DNA from: Octopus bimaculoides
Lineage: Eukaryota
Length of the DNA: 56,228 nt
Direction: 5' to 3'
NCBI RefSeq assembly: GCF_001194135.2
Contig: NC_068994.1
Location: 5,444,724 to 5,500,951 of the forward strand
The translations under genes and the position numbers were made by a program. A model generated the notes under the pieces. The model was not told the origin of the DNA. It did no database searches and saw only the letters and a program-made list of their open reading frames with translations. Positions within the stretch are counted from its first letter, which is position 1, and each line of letters starts with the position of its first letter. Shown piece by piece: positions 1 through 13,039 of the stretch.

Positions 1-1322
1 AGTTTATCCCGAAAGTAGCCCTGCTGGAAGGGATCTATCATCAGAAGTATTACTCATGTGGCCATCTAGTTTTTCTTTAGATATTGTGTACCTAGTTTTA
101 TATTATCTAATGTATGCTATTTTTATTTCAAACAATAGTGTGTAGTGTAAGGGATGATCCACTGCTATTTCTAGCAGATTATACAAACATTTAAATGTTT
201 TCCGCTGGGACTGTTTATTTTTCAGTCAGACCTGGTTGAGCGAAGCTTACTATGGCGCTTATTCATTCCTCTAAGTTAATTCTTCTGCATCTATGGCTGC
301 ACTGCTTTAGGAACTGCTCCAAGTACATTAGCATTTATTCAACTATCTCTTGTAGTGCATTGTTATCATTAGGTAGTGATCATTTGGTTTGATTGGTGAC
401 GACTAAGTTTTGGGGTTTTTGATGAAAAAAGGGCTTCTGCTCCCATTTTATTAATTAGAAATATGTATGTATCTAGACAATGAAAGTTAATTGTAAGATG
501 AGCCTCCCTTTTTTTTCAGAAACAGTGTATGTACTGTTACAACACGCATTATACCAGTCTCCTTTTAAGGAGGTGAAGTATACTTCTCTGAATATTTTGC
601 CGGTAGTTCCATCACGTCAAGGGATCACGTAGGTACACCACCCATATTGGCTCACGTTCAGTTTGGTGCTTGGAGCACAGATGTGATGATGATTAGAGGA
701 AAGAAGACATTGGTCAATTTATTCTAGCGGTAAACATTCATCAAAAGTAGAGTCTATAGCGTGTTTATTGCGACAATGCAAGTAGAAAATGGCTGTTTTC
801 CATAGTGCAAAGTTCTGATTTACTTTGGTCATCTTTACTTTCGGAATAACAAAGAATCTAGACAGTCTGCCTTTGCTGGGAATGTTAAAACAATATATAT
901 ATATATTTGAAACAAGAGTAAATTGTATATTTGTAAAATGAACAGAAAGACTGATAAACAACAATTGAGACTGAAATGTTAAAATAGGGAAAGACACAGA
1001 AGAAGGGAAGAAAGATATTACAGGGAAAGCAATCTGTGCCATAAATAGTTGTAAGATTTTTAATATATTTCCGCATAAAAACTAATATCTCGGTGGTAAT
1101 AGTAGAAAGTAATCGAGTTAATGAGAAAGATTAAGTCCTATAGATTTGCCAAACAGAATTTTAAATAATGACCATACCAAATCATATAAGATTGATAAAG
1201 TTAATATTCAAAGGTTATTGCGGATATGGATATTTCTAGAAACTAATATAAGAAAGATTTGCAATGAAATGTAATAATCCCTCAGTAATATTATTGAAGA
1301 GGAGATTAAAAGTTTATCTAAC

Positions 1323-1466
1323 CTTTGCACTTATGGTGAAGAACAGACCAGTAATATCCTATCATGCAACCTTCCTCACAGCGTCCAGTGACTTCATCAC
1401 ATTTAGAACCTTCACAGTGTTCACAGCGTTCCATACACATATCTCCATAGAATCCAGGAGCACATT
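1323..1466 (-). CDS. EGF-like (laminin/MEGF10-type) exon of a lectin-EGF ectodomain
   Basis: Minus strand: acceptor ttattgcag|AA TGT GCT, donor AAA G|GTTAGA; 144 nt, phase 1-1; (Q)CAPGFYGDMCMERCEHCEGSKCDEVTGRCEEGCMIGYYWSVLHHKCK has MEGF10/CED-1-type Cys spacing and splices in frame from the 2494-2676 exon. Confidence 0.92.
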
Positions 1467-1675
1467 CTGCAATAACAAAAATGATAAAAAATGAAAATAT
1501 CACGGTTAGTGTATATATTTCACTAACGTTAGCATCTAATATTCAGTTGTAACGATATTTTATAGAATGAATATGGTTTAAATTTAATGATAATTTGTGG
1601 ATATCTTGATGTCACTGATAGATCAAATATTACATATAATTATATAAGATGATGACTATAAATTTACATCTGCGT

Positions 1676-1840
1676 TCATGCTGGAGAAAATGCTTAGTGA
1701 CATGTCATCCGTCTTTACGTTCTGCGTTCAAATTCCGGCGGAGCCGATTTTTACTTTTCGGGGTTGATAAGATAAGTACCAGTCAAGCAATCGGGTCGAT
1801 GTAATCGACTTGACTCCTCTCACCAAAATTTTAGGGCTTC
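1676..1840 (+). mobile_element. tRNA-derived SINE, family B (partial)
   Basis: aaatgcttag...gttcaaattccg...cggggttgataa...aagtaccag...gggtcgatgtaatcgact core shared with many copies in the window. Confidence 0.8.
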
Positions 1841-2493
1841 AAAGAAGAAATAAGGAGTAATCTTTTAGTGACCTCAAAAATGAACATAACCATGCAGAGG
1901 GCGAATATTTGAAAACACATCATCTTATCGAATCATGTAAAATGAAAGAAGATGAGTGAATGAAAGTTGGAGAGAGTGTAATGGTACATAGAATTGTATA
2001 TTTAGTTTATATAGTGAAATATTTGTTATATCAATCGTAATTAGCTTTATCAATGCTCCAATCAATACCAGTGGGAAGTTTTATGGTCAACAGAATGACT
2101 TTGCTCATTGGATATAGAGTTCTTGACTGTAGGTAAGCAGTATGCCAGTATATTTGACAAGTGTTTGCTTAACCTGTAACAGAGAATTGAAATCGTATCA
2201 CTAAAGCGTTACTATTTAGGAAAACCAGGGCGGAGGAGGGGCAAAGAGGTGGGGAAGCAGAAAGATTTCAAAACCGAACCAACTATCTAATGGTAATTAG
2301 TATGTTCATTTATGTTCGGAGTTCAAACCCCGCTCTATATATTTTACCTTTTAAACTTTCAGGATCGATTACAGTTATCAGTCAAGTATGGAAGTCAAGA
2401 TAATCGGTTGTACTTTATCTCAAAATCGATAGCTCTGTAACATTCTCATAAATCAATATTTACCAAGTGAAATAACAAATAAACATAACTTAC

Positions 2494-2676
2494 GTATTAC
2501 TTCCACTTCACATAGAGTAAGCATTTTATTCCATCCATCTAACGATATTTTGACATAACTTGAATTGAGTGGTTTTCTACATTTAATATGAATTACATCT
2601 TTATCGTATTCAGAATAGATACTTTGAAAACAAAGTGATGATCCAGCATAAACTTTAAATCCTTTCAGCCTGTCAC
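2494..2676 (-). CDS. C-terminal half of an F-type lectin / F5-8 type C (galactose-binding-like) domain exon
   Basis: Acceptor ttttggttctag|GT GAC AGG, donor ATA C|GTAAGT; 183 nt, phase 1-1; GDRLKGFKVYAGSSLCFQS...IKCRKPLNSSYVKISL...MLTLCEVEVI matches the FTP-domain end motifs (DRL.GF.VY, YV.I, LTLCEVEV). Confidence 0.9.
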
Positions 2677-2813
2677 CTAGAACCAAAATATAAGAGCAAA
2701 ANNNNNNNNNNAATCAGATGTTAGTTATATTGAGAATAATTTGAAAAGAAAGATCATCAAGCAAAGGGTTTACCTTTTTATAATTTGTCTCATTAAATAA
2801 TCGATAACACAAT

Positions 2814-3142
2814 ATGTACTGGAACTCCGTCGGTTACGGCTACGAGGGTTCCAGTTGAGTTGAGCAACGGAACAGCCTGCTCGTGAAATTATATTTCAAG
2901 TGGCTGAGTACTCCACAAACACCTGTACCCTTAACGTAGTTCTAAGGGAGATTCAGCGTGATGCAGGGTGTAATGAGGCTGGCCCTTTGAAATACGGATA
3001 CAAGTCATTCTTCCAGCTGAGTGGACGGGGGCAATGTGCAATAAAGTGTCTTGTTCAAGGACACAACCCGTCGCCGGGAATTGAACTCATGACTTTGTGA
3101 TCGTTAGACGAATACCCTAACCACTTAGCCACATGCCTTTTC
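2814..3142 (-). mobile_element. tRNA-derived SINE, family C, with 14-bp target-site duplication
   Basis: Pol III A/B-box head on the minus strand near 3060-3140; ATCGATAACACAAT at 2800-2813 and 3143-3156. Confidence 0.85.
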
Positions 3143-3192
3143 ATCGATAACACAATGAGTTGAAAAAAAATCAATAATTGAGATATTTTTTC

Positions 3193-3640
3193 AGGCATGT
3201 ATACAGGTGTGTGGTAAGAAGCTTGCTTCCCAACCACATGGCTCCTGGTTCAGTCACACTGCACAGCACCTTGGACAAGTGTCTTCTACTATAGCCTCGG
3301 GCCGACTTGGGCCTTGTGAGTGGATTTGGCAAACAGAACCTGAAAAGAAGCCCGTCGTATGCATGTATATATATGTGTGTGTGTGTGTGTGTCTGTGTCT
3401 GTGTGTCTTTGTNNNNNNNNNNGTGTGTGTGTGTGTGTCTGTGTCTGTGTGTCTTTGTTTATCCCCCCACTGTCGCTTGATGTTGGTGTGTTTATATCCC
3501 CGTAACTTAGCGGTTCGACAAAATTGACCGATAGAAGTACTAGGCTTAGAAAGAATAAGTCTAGGGGTCGATTTGTTCAAGCAAAGGCGTTGTTCCAGCA
3601 TGGCCTCAATCAAAATGATTGAAACAAGTAAAAGAATAAA
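3193..3640 (+). mobile_element. tRNA-derived SINE, family A, with internal (TG)n
   Basis: gtgtggtaag...ggttcagtc...cttctactatagcctcgggccg...gaaacaagtaaaagaataa; homologous to 30049, 52425 and 53478. Confidence 0.88.
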
Positions 3641-3897
3641 ATAATATATATGCTTATATGTATATTCGTGATGGGGTAGGCTCTGCACAGTTGGCGCTTT
3701 GTTTACGTATTTGCTTCATATTCATTTGTTCGGTTCTTTTTGTGGCTCTCTATATTTAACGTTGAAATGTATTCCTTTGTAAAAATCATATTAGTTATAC
3801 ACGTTTCTGTTAATTAGAAACTTTAGCAATGTCTCTAGGATCGTGAAGATAAAATGTAACGAACATCTTATTTTGAGGGTGGGTTGAAATGGTCATA

Positions 3898-4887
3898 GGA
3901 TGACTATGAAGGAGTGCTGTGAGAGCTGTCAAATATTGAATGCATTAATTTCAACACTGCTTATTAATAATAACTGTATTGTTTTTTTTTCCTCAGGTAA
4001 ACTGATATCTGACAGCTCAAAGAAGACCTCAAAAGTAGCTAGTAGCAACTGCATGTATGACGTCATCATCTCTGCAAGACTCGTTCCCAGACAGGATTTC
4101 TCATGACGAGGAACAGAGGATGATGAAATGGAGTCAAATCAGGGGAATAGGGAAGGTGCTTAACCAGTTCAAAGCCGTATTCATGCAGAGCAGCCATTGA
4201 AAACAAAGACTTGTCCGCTTGACGATTGTTCTGATGAAACAAAATAACTTTTGTCAGATTTCTTGAGCGCTTAGTCTTCATATATTTTTATATCTGCCTC
4301 AGCAACTTGGCATAGTACCCGCCATTGATGGGGCAGCCCCTTCAAAATAGTCAATAGATACAATACCTTTGCATCCTCAAAAACTGAAACCATCACCTTG
4401 CTGCAGGTGTAACGACCTAATCCATCTTTGAAGTAGAGGAGGTGGGGTGTTTCTACTCCATCTATTGTCTTTTTGACTCTGTCTCAAAGTGATAAACCCA
4501 ACACGTATCTCGGCTTAGGAAATTATTCAAGGAAACTAGCTGGACCTGCTCCAAACAATGTCAGATTTCCCCGTGATGTTATACGTCTGGTGCGCTTTTG
4601 ATCAGGTGTCATTAGACGTTGCACCCACCAAGCAGAAACATTCGTCATGACAAGTTCATGTTTAATGTGCAAAGTATTTTCATCTCNNNNNNNNNNNNNN
4701 NNNNNNNNNNNNAGTGTCAAATTTTGTCCATTTTCATGAGAATTCGCTTCTAGTAACATTTGAAGTCTTCTTTGAACAGTCAGATGTCAGTTTACTTGGA
4801 AGGAAACAGTACAGATATTAAGAAGTAGAGTTGAAACTTAATGCATGCAAGATTTCTCAGCTCTGCATCACTCCTTCATAGTCGTCC
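3898..4887 (-). mobile_element. Defective mariner element with long (~135-150 bp) TIRs, TA-flanked
   Basis: TA|GGATGACTATGAAGGAG... and ...CTCCTTCATAGTCGTCC|TA; broken transposase with WWVQRL (WVPR-like) and LPYSPDL motifs. Confidence 0.9.
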
Positions 4888-5321
4888 TAAGAATCTTTCA
4901 GCCCACCGTCGTATATCTAGAATATCTCCAGTGTAAAATTTCAATCTGAAAGCTAGTAGGAATTAAATTAAACAACATGAAACAGTTTGAAATTTTTGTC
5001 AATGTCATTTTCCTGTACCACGTAGAGAGAAGTGGATGTTCCTGTGTATTCATTCACACACATTCATACGTTACGATACACATTAATGATAGACAAGGCA
5101 AACAACTACAGATACAGACACAGAAATATATTTCCTTGTTTTCTATTAAATCTATCTATCTATCTATCTATCNNNNNNNNNNNNNNNNNNNNNNNNNNNN
5201 NNNNNNNNNNNNNNNNNNNNNNNNNNNNNNNNNNNNNNNNNNNNNNNNNNNNNNNNNNNNNNNNNNNNNNNNNNNNNNNNNNNNNNNNNNNNNNNNNNNN
5301 NNNNNNNNNNNNNNNNNNNNN

Positions 5322-5355
<34 letters not shown>

Positions 5356-5589
5356 AAACAAACACATACATACACATAGCACAAACACACACATACACAC
5401 ACGAACACACACACATATAACTGATTAATGAAACAGAAGAGGNNNNNNNNNNTACACACACGAACACACACACATATAACTGATTAATGAAACAGAAGAG
5501 GGATTTTGGGGTAATATTTATTTTCACTCCAGACTAATATTAAACGCATCTTCTGTTTCTTTTATCAATTATTATCTCTAACTAAGACT

Positions 5590-6162
5590 GCGGAATTCCT
5601 GAAGTAAATCCAACGGAAATATACCCCAATTGCGGATGACACCTGGTAGCCCAAAGTGTGGCAGTGCTTTACTCACCGCGTCAACACACTAATTAACAAA
5701 GCTGTCCATTACCCGACAGAGTTCCTTAATTCTCTTGTGACACCTGGAATTCCTCCACATAAAATTTTTCTGAAGGTAGGAATCCCAATAATGCTTCTAG
5801 GAAATTTAGATCCTCCTAAATTATGCAATGGGATAAGGTTGATTGTGAAGACATTATCACCTAAAGTGATAGAAGCTACCATCATCACTGGATGTGCCTC
5901 TGCGGAAGAGGTTTTCGTTCCAAGAATTTCAATCAAACCAACAGATATGCCCTTTGAATTCAAACGAACACAATTCCCAGTGCGACTTTCTTTTGCAATG
6001 TCTATTAATACAGCTGAAGTTTAGTCTTTGAAATCTACTGGCTTGATTTTCTCATGGTCAACTTTGTTTGGTTGCTCCAGGGTAAGTAGTTTGCAAGACT
6101 TATTTGTCTATGCTCCAAACCAGACAACAAGGAATGTTGTTTACCCAGAAGCGCTTACATAA
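5590..6162 (+). mobile_element. Helitron-type PIF1 helicase C-terminal fragment
   Basis: FLNSL...GIPPH.I.LKVG.PIMLL.NLDPPKLCNG.RL...QFPVRLSFAMSIN...SHGQL...NVVYPEALT*; contains stop and frameshift. Confidence 0.88.
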
Positions 6163-6765
6163 TTTCCTTCAACTAATGTGGTAGAATTTATTTCCCTTCA
6201 TTAAAGTGGTGAGTTTTGTATTTTCGTTTATTATTATTATTATTATTATTANNNNNNNNNNNNNNNNNNNNNNNNNNNNNNNNNNNNNNNNNNNNNNNNN
6301 NNNNNNNNNNNNNNNNNNNNNNNNNNNNNNNNNNNNNNNNNNNNNNNNNNNNNNNNNNNNNNNNNNNNNNNNNNNNNNNNNNNNNNNNNNNNNNNNNNNN
6401 NNNNNNNNNNNNNNNNNNNNNNNNNNNNNNNNNNNNNNNNNNNNNNNNNNNNNNNNNNNNNNNNNNNNNNNNNNNNNNNNNNNNNNNNNNNNNNNNNNNN
6501 NNNNNNNNNNNNNNNNNNNNNNNNNNNNNNNNNNNNNNNNNNNNNNNNNNNNNNNNNNNNNNNNNNNNNNNNNNNNNNNNNNNNNNNNNNNNNNNNNNNN
6601 NNNNNNNNNNNNNNNNNNNNNNNNNNNNNNNNNNNNNNNNNNNNNNNNNNNNNNNNNNNNNNNNNNNNNNNNNNNNNNNNNNNNNNNNNNNNNNNNNNNN
6701 NNNNNNNNNNNNNNNNNNNNNNNNNNNNNNNNNNNNNNATCTATCTTTCTGTTTGAATGGTGAAG

Positions 6766-6800
<35 letters not shown>

Positions 6801-7559
6801 TCCGATATGTTAGGAAAACTTTCNNNNNNNNNNNNNNNNNNNNNNNNNNNNNNNNNNNNNNNNNNNNNNNNNNNNNNNNNNNNNNNNNNNNNNNNNNNNN
6901 NNNNNNNNNNNNNNNNNNNNNNNNNNNNNNNNNNNNNNNNNNNNNNNNNNNNNNNGGATCAAAACAGTTTGATTCAAATTCGTTGGTACTCTTGAGTTTC
7001 AAGCACGATACTAGTCGTCAGCCATTTTGAATTTGAATGACAAATTGATCGTTATTACAGTGAGGTGGGATGCACTTGGTGTGATTTGATGTTGGTTTAT
7101 GGGTAACAGTTAGCTGGAAAATACCGCTCGGCGAACAGGAAATTGACCATGTGGAGGGCAGGAAATAGACTAGAAGTCGGTCAGGTNNNNNNNNNNGGAA
7201 ATTGACCATGTGGAGGGCAGGAAATAGACTAGAAGTCGGTCAGGTTGTTGGCGGGGAGTAGGAAATGGTGGCATGTGCAAGTCTATAGTTTTCCATGTGA
7301 GTGTGTAGATGCACTCATATAGTTTTGCGTTCATGTGTTTATTGGTGCGAGTGAGCGCATTTGTACATAGGCGCGCACGCACACTTCTGCACACACAAAC
7401 ACAAACACACGCACACGCNNNNNNNNNNNNNCACGCTTGGAGGAACATTCATGCGCGCGCACAGACACACAGAGGCTTGGACGAACGCGCACGCACACAC
7501 ACATACATACACACACATGCACATACGCACGCACCCACACACATGCAAATTGTTGCAAA

Positions 7560-7995
7560 TTGATGGTTTCGGTCTCAGATTCCTGGTTAACATTTCACTG
7601 TCGCCTACACAGGTGACTGTACATCTTTTTTTCCAGGTAATGTCCCAATACAAGTATTCTTGCGTCTCAAGAACCGGTTAGCGTCTGTTATTTTNNNNNN
7701 NNNNGAAGGTTGAATCCTAAATTTCGTTTTCACTCCATACTATGTCTCCTGGATACTGGTTTAAAATGATAGACCGAGGTCTCATTTCTTGTGACTATTC
7801 TCTCCAAAAAAGCTTCGACTTCGTCCTTATAGCGGTCGAATAAGCGTTGACAGATCTCCACACATTTNNNNNNNNNNCTTCGTCCTTATAGCGGTCGAAT
7901 AAGCGTTGACAGATCTCCACACATTTGGACCTATGCACTTCGGTAAGCTTTCTTGCCGCCCATCTGGCACGAACTTTACGGAAGGAAAGATTGTG
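7560..7995 (-). mobile_element. Mariner transposase remnant (second family)
   Basis: IIHHNLSFRKVRARWAARKLTEVHRSKCVEICQRLFDRY...FLERIVTRNETSVYHFKP resembles the WVPRxL and IVTGDETW regions. Confidence 0.8.
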
Positions 7996-8230
7996 GTGGA
8001 TTATTTGTATATACTTTTTGACTTACTTTTGTATTTTTTTTGTGTGTGTGTNNNNNNNNNNATTTGTATATACTTTTTGACTTACTTTTGTATTTTTTTT
8101 GTGTGTGTGTATGTGTGTGTGTGTTTGTGTGTGTGTGTATGTGCATGTGTGTGGTTGTGTGTGTAACATTACGAATTAAATGCGACTCTAATAATGTAAA
8201 CGTTCGCACGTACATACTTTATGTGTTATG

Positions 8231-8264
<34 letters not shown>

Positions 8265-8317
8265 NNNNNNNNNNNNNNNNNNNNNNNNNNNNNNNNNNNN
8301 NNNNNNNNNNNNNNNNN

Positions 8318-8349
<32 letters not shown>

Positions 8350-8359
<10 letters not shown>

Positions 8360-9412
8360 GTGAGAATTTACAAAAAGAAAAGACGAAGACAGGTATGTAA
8401 ACAACAAACAGATGTGTTAGCTTAACGCGCTGGAAGAGAGAAAGTCTTAAACATTTCGAGCCTACGCTCTTCGACAGAAAGGAATATAGAAATAAACAGG
8501 GAGAGAAAATAAAGAATGTTTGGTGGTTAGCGATCTATCATGGCGAATGCCGGACAGAGGGGGACAAGGGTGTGGGTGGGGGTTAGGCTGAGTGTGGAGT
8601 ATGTGGGAATGAGGTGTAATGGATAGGGTGGGGTNNNNNNNNNNNNNNNNNNNNNNNNNNNNNNNNNNNNNNNNNNNNNNNNNNNNNNNNNNNNNNNNNN
8701 NNNNNNNNNNNNNNNNNNNNNNNNNNNNNNNNNNNNNNNNNNNNNNNNNNNNNNNNNNNNNNNNNNNNNNNNNAGAGAGGGAGGGTAGGAGTGAAGAGAA
8801 ATAGGTGTCAGAGCAAGAGAGGCGAGGTGATTGAAGTAGAAGTGAGAGGAAGAGAGGAGAAGGGAGGAGAGTTGAGCTCATGTGGCGCAANNNNNNNNNN
8901 NNNNNNNNNNNNNNNNNNNNNNNNNNNNNNNNNNNNNNNNNNNNNNNNNNNNNNNNNNNNNNNNNNNNNNNNNNNNNNNNCCCCTGTACAAGGACAATCC
9001 GAACACAGACAAGTGTTGCAAAGAATGACCGGTAGAACGGAAATGGCGCGAGATCGAGATGTCATTTTCTAGTCGGATGTCTCGGAGGTGTTCCGCGAAC
9101 CGGTCAGCCAAGCGGCGTCCNNNNNNNNNNNNNNNNNNNNNNNNNNNNNNNNNNNNNNNNNNNNNNNNNNNNNNNNNNNNNNNNNNNNNNNNNNNNNNNN
9201 NNNNNNNNNNNNNNNNNNNNNNNNNNNNNNNNNNNNNNNNNNNNNNNNNNNNNNNNNNNGTCAGCGATATGATAGGGTGGATGATGGGTGCCTATGAGGA
9301 GGGTGGTGCTGGAGAGGTATGGGCAAGTTCGGCTTTGTGGGCGGGAGCAAAGGAACAAGCCGGGTTGGGAGGTTGCGTTAGGGAAGAAGCTGTGGGCCAA
9401 GAGGTATAACAC
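8350..9412 (-). mobile_element. Penelope-like retroelement 3' part (GIY-YIG endonuclease plus terminal repeat)
   Basis: PGLFLCSRPQSRTCPYLS...HIAD and ADRFAEHLRDIRL.ND..ISRHFRSTGH; gapped. Confidence 0.85.
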
Positions 9413-9584
9413 AGTATCAATAACAACGTAATTTTAATAGAAAGAAAACAATTCATCATTTAATTATGATTCAGTCATAAAAATACACACGGCATTCATT
9501 AAAATCCATAACGATCTAAAGTCAAGTAATGCAATGGAAATTAGAAGTGTTATAGATGGAAAATAATTTTTACATTATTCACAT

Positions 9585-10129
9585 TTGACGGCTATCTGTC
9601 CTCATCTTGTTTGTTGCTAACACAACTTTTCCGCGGATATATTCTCCAGCCTTTATCAGGTGTCCTGGAGAAATTTCGAACCTAAGTTCTCATTCCTAAG
9701 GTATTTTCCTGATGTTATTTTATTATTATAATCGAACTCGGAATCTTGGGCTTAGTAGACTGCGCCCTTAACCACTACGCCATATACCTGTAGGCAATGA
9801 TGGAGTGAATTTTGGGGCTTATAAATCTTATCTTTTCCTATCCTTCCTTAATACTGGTTCCCATGTGCTACTCATCTGCATTCGCTCTGCTTAGGAGGCT
9901 GTTGTGTCCTAACATATGTGCTGCTTCTTTTAGTTTTCGTATTTTCTAGTGGTATTCTCTATTATTTTAACTTCATTCCACAGGGGAAGATGATCTCCAT
10001 TTTTCCATATATGANNNNNNNNNNGCTATACCCGATTTATCAATATCTCCTCGGGTCTCAGCTTTGCGATGTTCCTCTAGGTTAAGAGCGCGGGCTACTA
10101 ACCCCAAGATTCCAAGTTCGATTCCAGAC

Positions 10130-10140
<11 letters not shown>
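9585..10140. mobile_element. Composite repeat: Penelope-type terminal repeat plus inverted pair of tRNA-like SINE heads
   Basis: 9730-9785 and 10075-10130 are reverse complements (ggttaagagcgcgggctactaaccccaagattccaagttcgatt), each next to an (ATT)n tract. Confidence 0.55.
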
Positions 10141-10174
<34 letters not shown>

Positions 10175-11655
10175 NNNNNNNNNNNNNNNNNNNNNNNNNN
10201 NNNNNNNNNNNNNNNNNNNNNNNNNNNNNNNNNNNNNNNNNNNNNNNNNNNNNNNNNNNNNNNNNNNNNNNNNNNNNNNNNNNNNNNNNNNNNNNNNNNN
10301 NNNNNNNNNNNNNNNNNNNNNNNNNNNNNNNNNNNNNNNNNNNNNNNNNNNNNNNNNNNNNNNNNNNNNNNNNNNNNNNNNNNNNNNNNNNNNNNNNNNN
10401 NNNNNNNNNNNNNNNNNNNNNNNNNNNNNNNNNNNNNNNNNNNNNNNNNNNNNNNNNNNNNNNNNNNNNNNNNNNNNNNNNNNNNNNNNNNNNNNNNNNN
10501 NNNNNNNNNNNNNNNNNNNNNNNNNNNNNNNNNNNNNNNNNNNNNNNNNNNNNNNNNNNNNNNNNNNNNNNNNNNNNNNNNNNNNNNNNNNNNNNNNNNN
10601 NNNNNNNNNNNNNNNNNNNNNNNNNNNNNNNNNNNNNNNNNNNNNNNNNNNNNNNNNNNNNNNNNNNNNNNNNNNNNNNNNNNNNNNNNNNNNNNNNNNN
10701 NNNNNNNNNNNNNNNNNNNNNNNNNNNNNNNNNNNNNNNNNNNNNNNNNNNNNNNNNNNNNNNNNNNNNNNNNNNNNNNNNNNNNNNNNNNNNNNNNNNN
10801 NNNNNNNNNNNNNNNNNNNNNNNNNNNNNNNNNNNNNNNNNNNNNNNNNNNNNNNNNNNNNNNNNNNNNNNNNNNNNNNNNNNNNNNNNNNNNNNNNNNN
10901 NNNNNNNNNNNNNNNNNNNNNNNNNNNNNNNNNNNNNNNNNNNNNNNNNNNNNNNNNNNNNNNNNNNNNNNNNNNNNNNNNNNNNNCACTTTTCTGTACA
11001 TAACTATAAAAAATGTAGTATATACTTAAAATATACGAAGTTTGTATCATCCCAAAGTACCAGATGGGAGATAGCTGTTATAAGACAAAAACTTAACATT
11101 TATAAACTAAATATTCATAAAAAATCAGGCAAGAATATCGAGAAAGTTAATATTATATCACATAAAAATTCCTTAAACTCTACATAAGGCTGAATTTTTA
11201 GCGCTAACTTATTTTATATTACATACTAGATAACTTTCTAAATTGATAACATAAAATAATATTTGGCAAAAACTTTCGCGTATGACTCAAAGATTTTGAA
11301 GGCCGNNNNNNNNNNNNNNNNNNNNNNNNNNNNNNNNNNNNNNNNNNNNNNNNNNNNNNNNNNNNNNNNNNNNNNNNNNNNNNNNNNNNNNNNNNNNNNN
11401 NNNNNNNNNNNNNNNNNNNNNNNNNNNNNNNNNNNNNNNNNNNNNNNNNNNNNNNNNNNNNNNNNNNNNNNNNNNNNNNNNNNNNNNNNNNNNNNNNNNN
11501 NNNNNNNNNNNNNNNNNNNNNNNNNNNNNNNNNNNNNNNNNNNNNNNNNNNNNNNNNNNNNNNNNNNNNNNNNNNNNNNNNNNNNNNNNNNNNNNNNNNN
11601 NNNNNNNNNNNNNNNNNNNNNNNNNNNNNNNNNNNNNNNNNNNNNNNNNNNNNNN

Positions 11656-11735
11656 CTCACTGTTATCCAATGGGTGAAAAAACACAATATGCAACTAAAC
11701 GATGACAAGTCTTATAAAAATTCTGCTTGTCATTA
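11656..11735 (+). mobile_element. Small LINE RT fragment
   Basis: TVIQWVKKHNMQLNDDK resembles the post-YADD W...N.MQLN.DK segment of CR1/L2 RTs. Confidence 0.5.
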
Positions 11736-12099
11736 GGTTACTTAGCCCATCAGTAAAGAGAAAAGGAGGGAGAAAGTAAAGGAGAGAGAGAGAAAGGAGG
11801 GCGAGAGAAGCCGTCACGACATGAGGTTGGAGGAACATAATTGTAAAGCTTTCACGTGATTAGTTGAAGGGAAGAAAACGGTGAGAGAAAAGGAGGATGA
11901 GGCGAAGAGAGAGGCATAAAGAGGGAGAAAGAAAAAGAGGGAGAGAGAAAAAACAGAAAGAGAAGCGTCCAAGACATGTGGTAAGGGGAACGTAATATTT
12001 ATTACGTGATTAAGAAAAATAGTTGAAAGTATTTATATAGAGGAGAGTTAGGAATAAAATTTTAGCAGAGTGATGTTCTGTAGAGAAAGGCAGAGAGAA

Positions 12100-12140
<41 letters not shown>

Positions 12141-12269
12141 NNNNNNNNNNNNNNNAGAGAGAGAGAGAGAGACAGTGAGGGATGACGGTGGTGGTAGTGG
12201 TGATGTTGGGTGCATAGTGTGAAATAGGCTTTTTTCTTAAATTGAACTAAGTTTTTTATATCACCTATT

Positions 12270-12454
12270 ACTTGACGCATGCGCATCCTAATCCTGCCAT
12301 TCACTTTAGAAAGAAACTAGTTTCCGTTCGCCTTTCATATGCAATAAATATCAATAAATCACAAGGGCAGACATTTGATAAAGTGGGGTTGTTCTTGTCT
12401 AAACTTGCATTCGGCCACGGTCAGGTATTTATTGCATTCGCAATGGTTCTCAAA
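12270..12454 (+). mobile_element. Second Helitron/PIF1 helicase fragment
   Basis: FRKKLVSVRLSYAININKSQGQTFDKVGLFLSKLAFGHGQVFIA (PIF1 TINKSQGQT / FSHGQLYVA motifs). Confidence 0.85.
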
Positions 12455-13039
12455 NNNNNNNNNNNNNNNNNNNNNNNNNNNNNNNNNNNNNNNNNNNNNN
12501 NNNNNNNNNNNNNNNNNNNNNNNNNNNNNNNNNNNNGCAAAGAAGTAATGGATTGAAAGATGTGCGCAAATTGAAATGTGTATTGGCTCTGACCAATCAC
12601 CTTGCCGTATAATTTACCAACGATATGGTTTTCAGAGTATGCCATGCTGCATTAAATGTTTACCACCGTGAAATTGTGACCCCAATATTTTACATATAAA
12701 ATAATCTTTTTTTAATATAAAATTTTTGTGTTCTATATATGAAATTGTGACCATGTAAAATGTGAAAGTTTCCCGTTTTGGCGATAAATGCAAAAATAAG
12801 GGTTAATATTTATTTTATGGGTGCTGTGTATTAAGTCTACAGAAGTGTGCATAAAGTATATAAATTATATATATAAAGTGCATTAAGTAAAAATCGTATT
12901 CTAATTTCCTTCACTTTTCAATGAATAGCAGATGAGCAACTATCTTTTGATANNNNNNNNNNTCCTTCACTTTTCAATGAATAGCAGATGAGCAACTATC
13001 TTTTGATACAGAAACAACACAGTCCACGCTTTCAGGCTT

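Noticed and set aside
5656-6024. Cellular PIF1 helicase gene
   Set aside because: Intronless isolated C-terminal fragment with a stop and frameshift, typical of Helitron debris.
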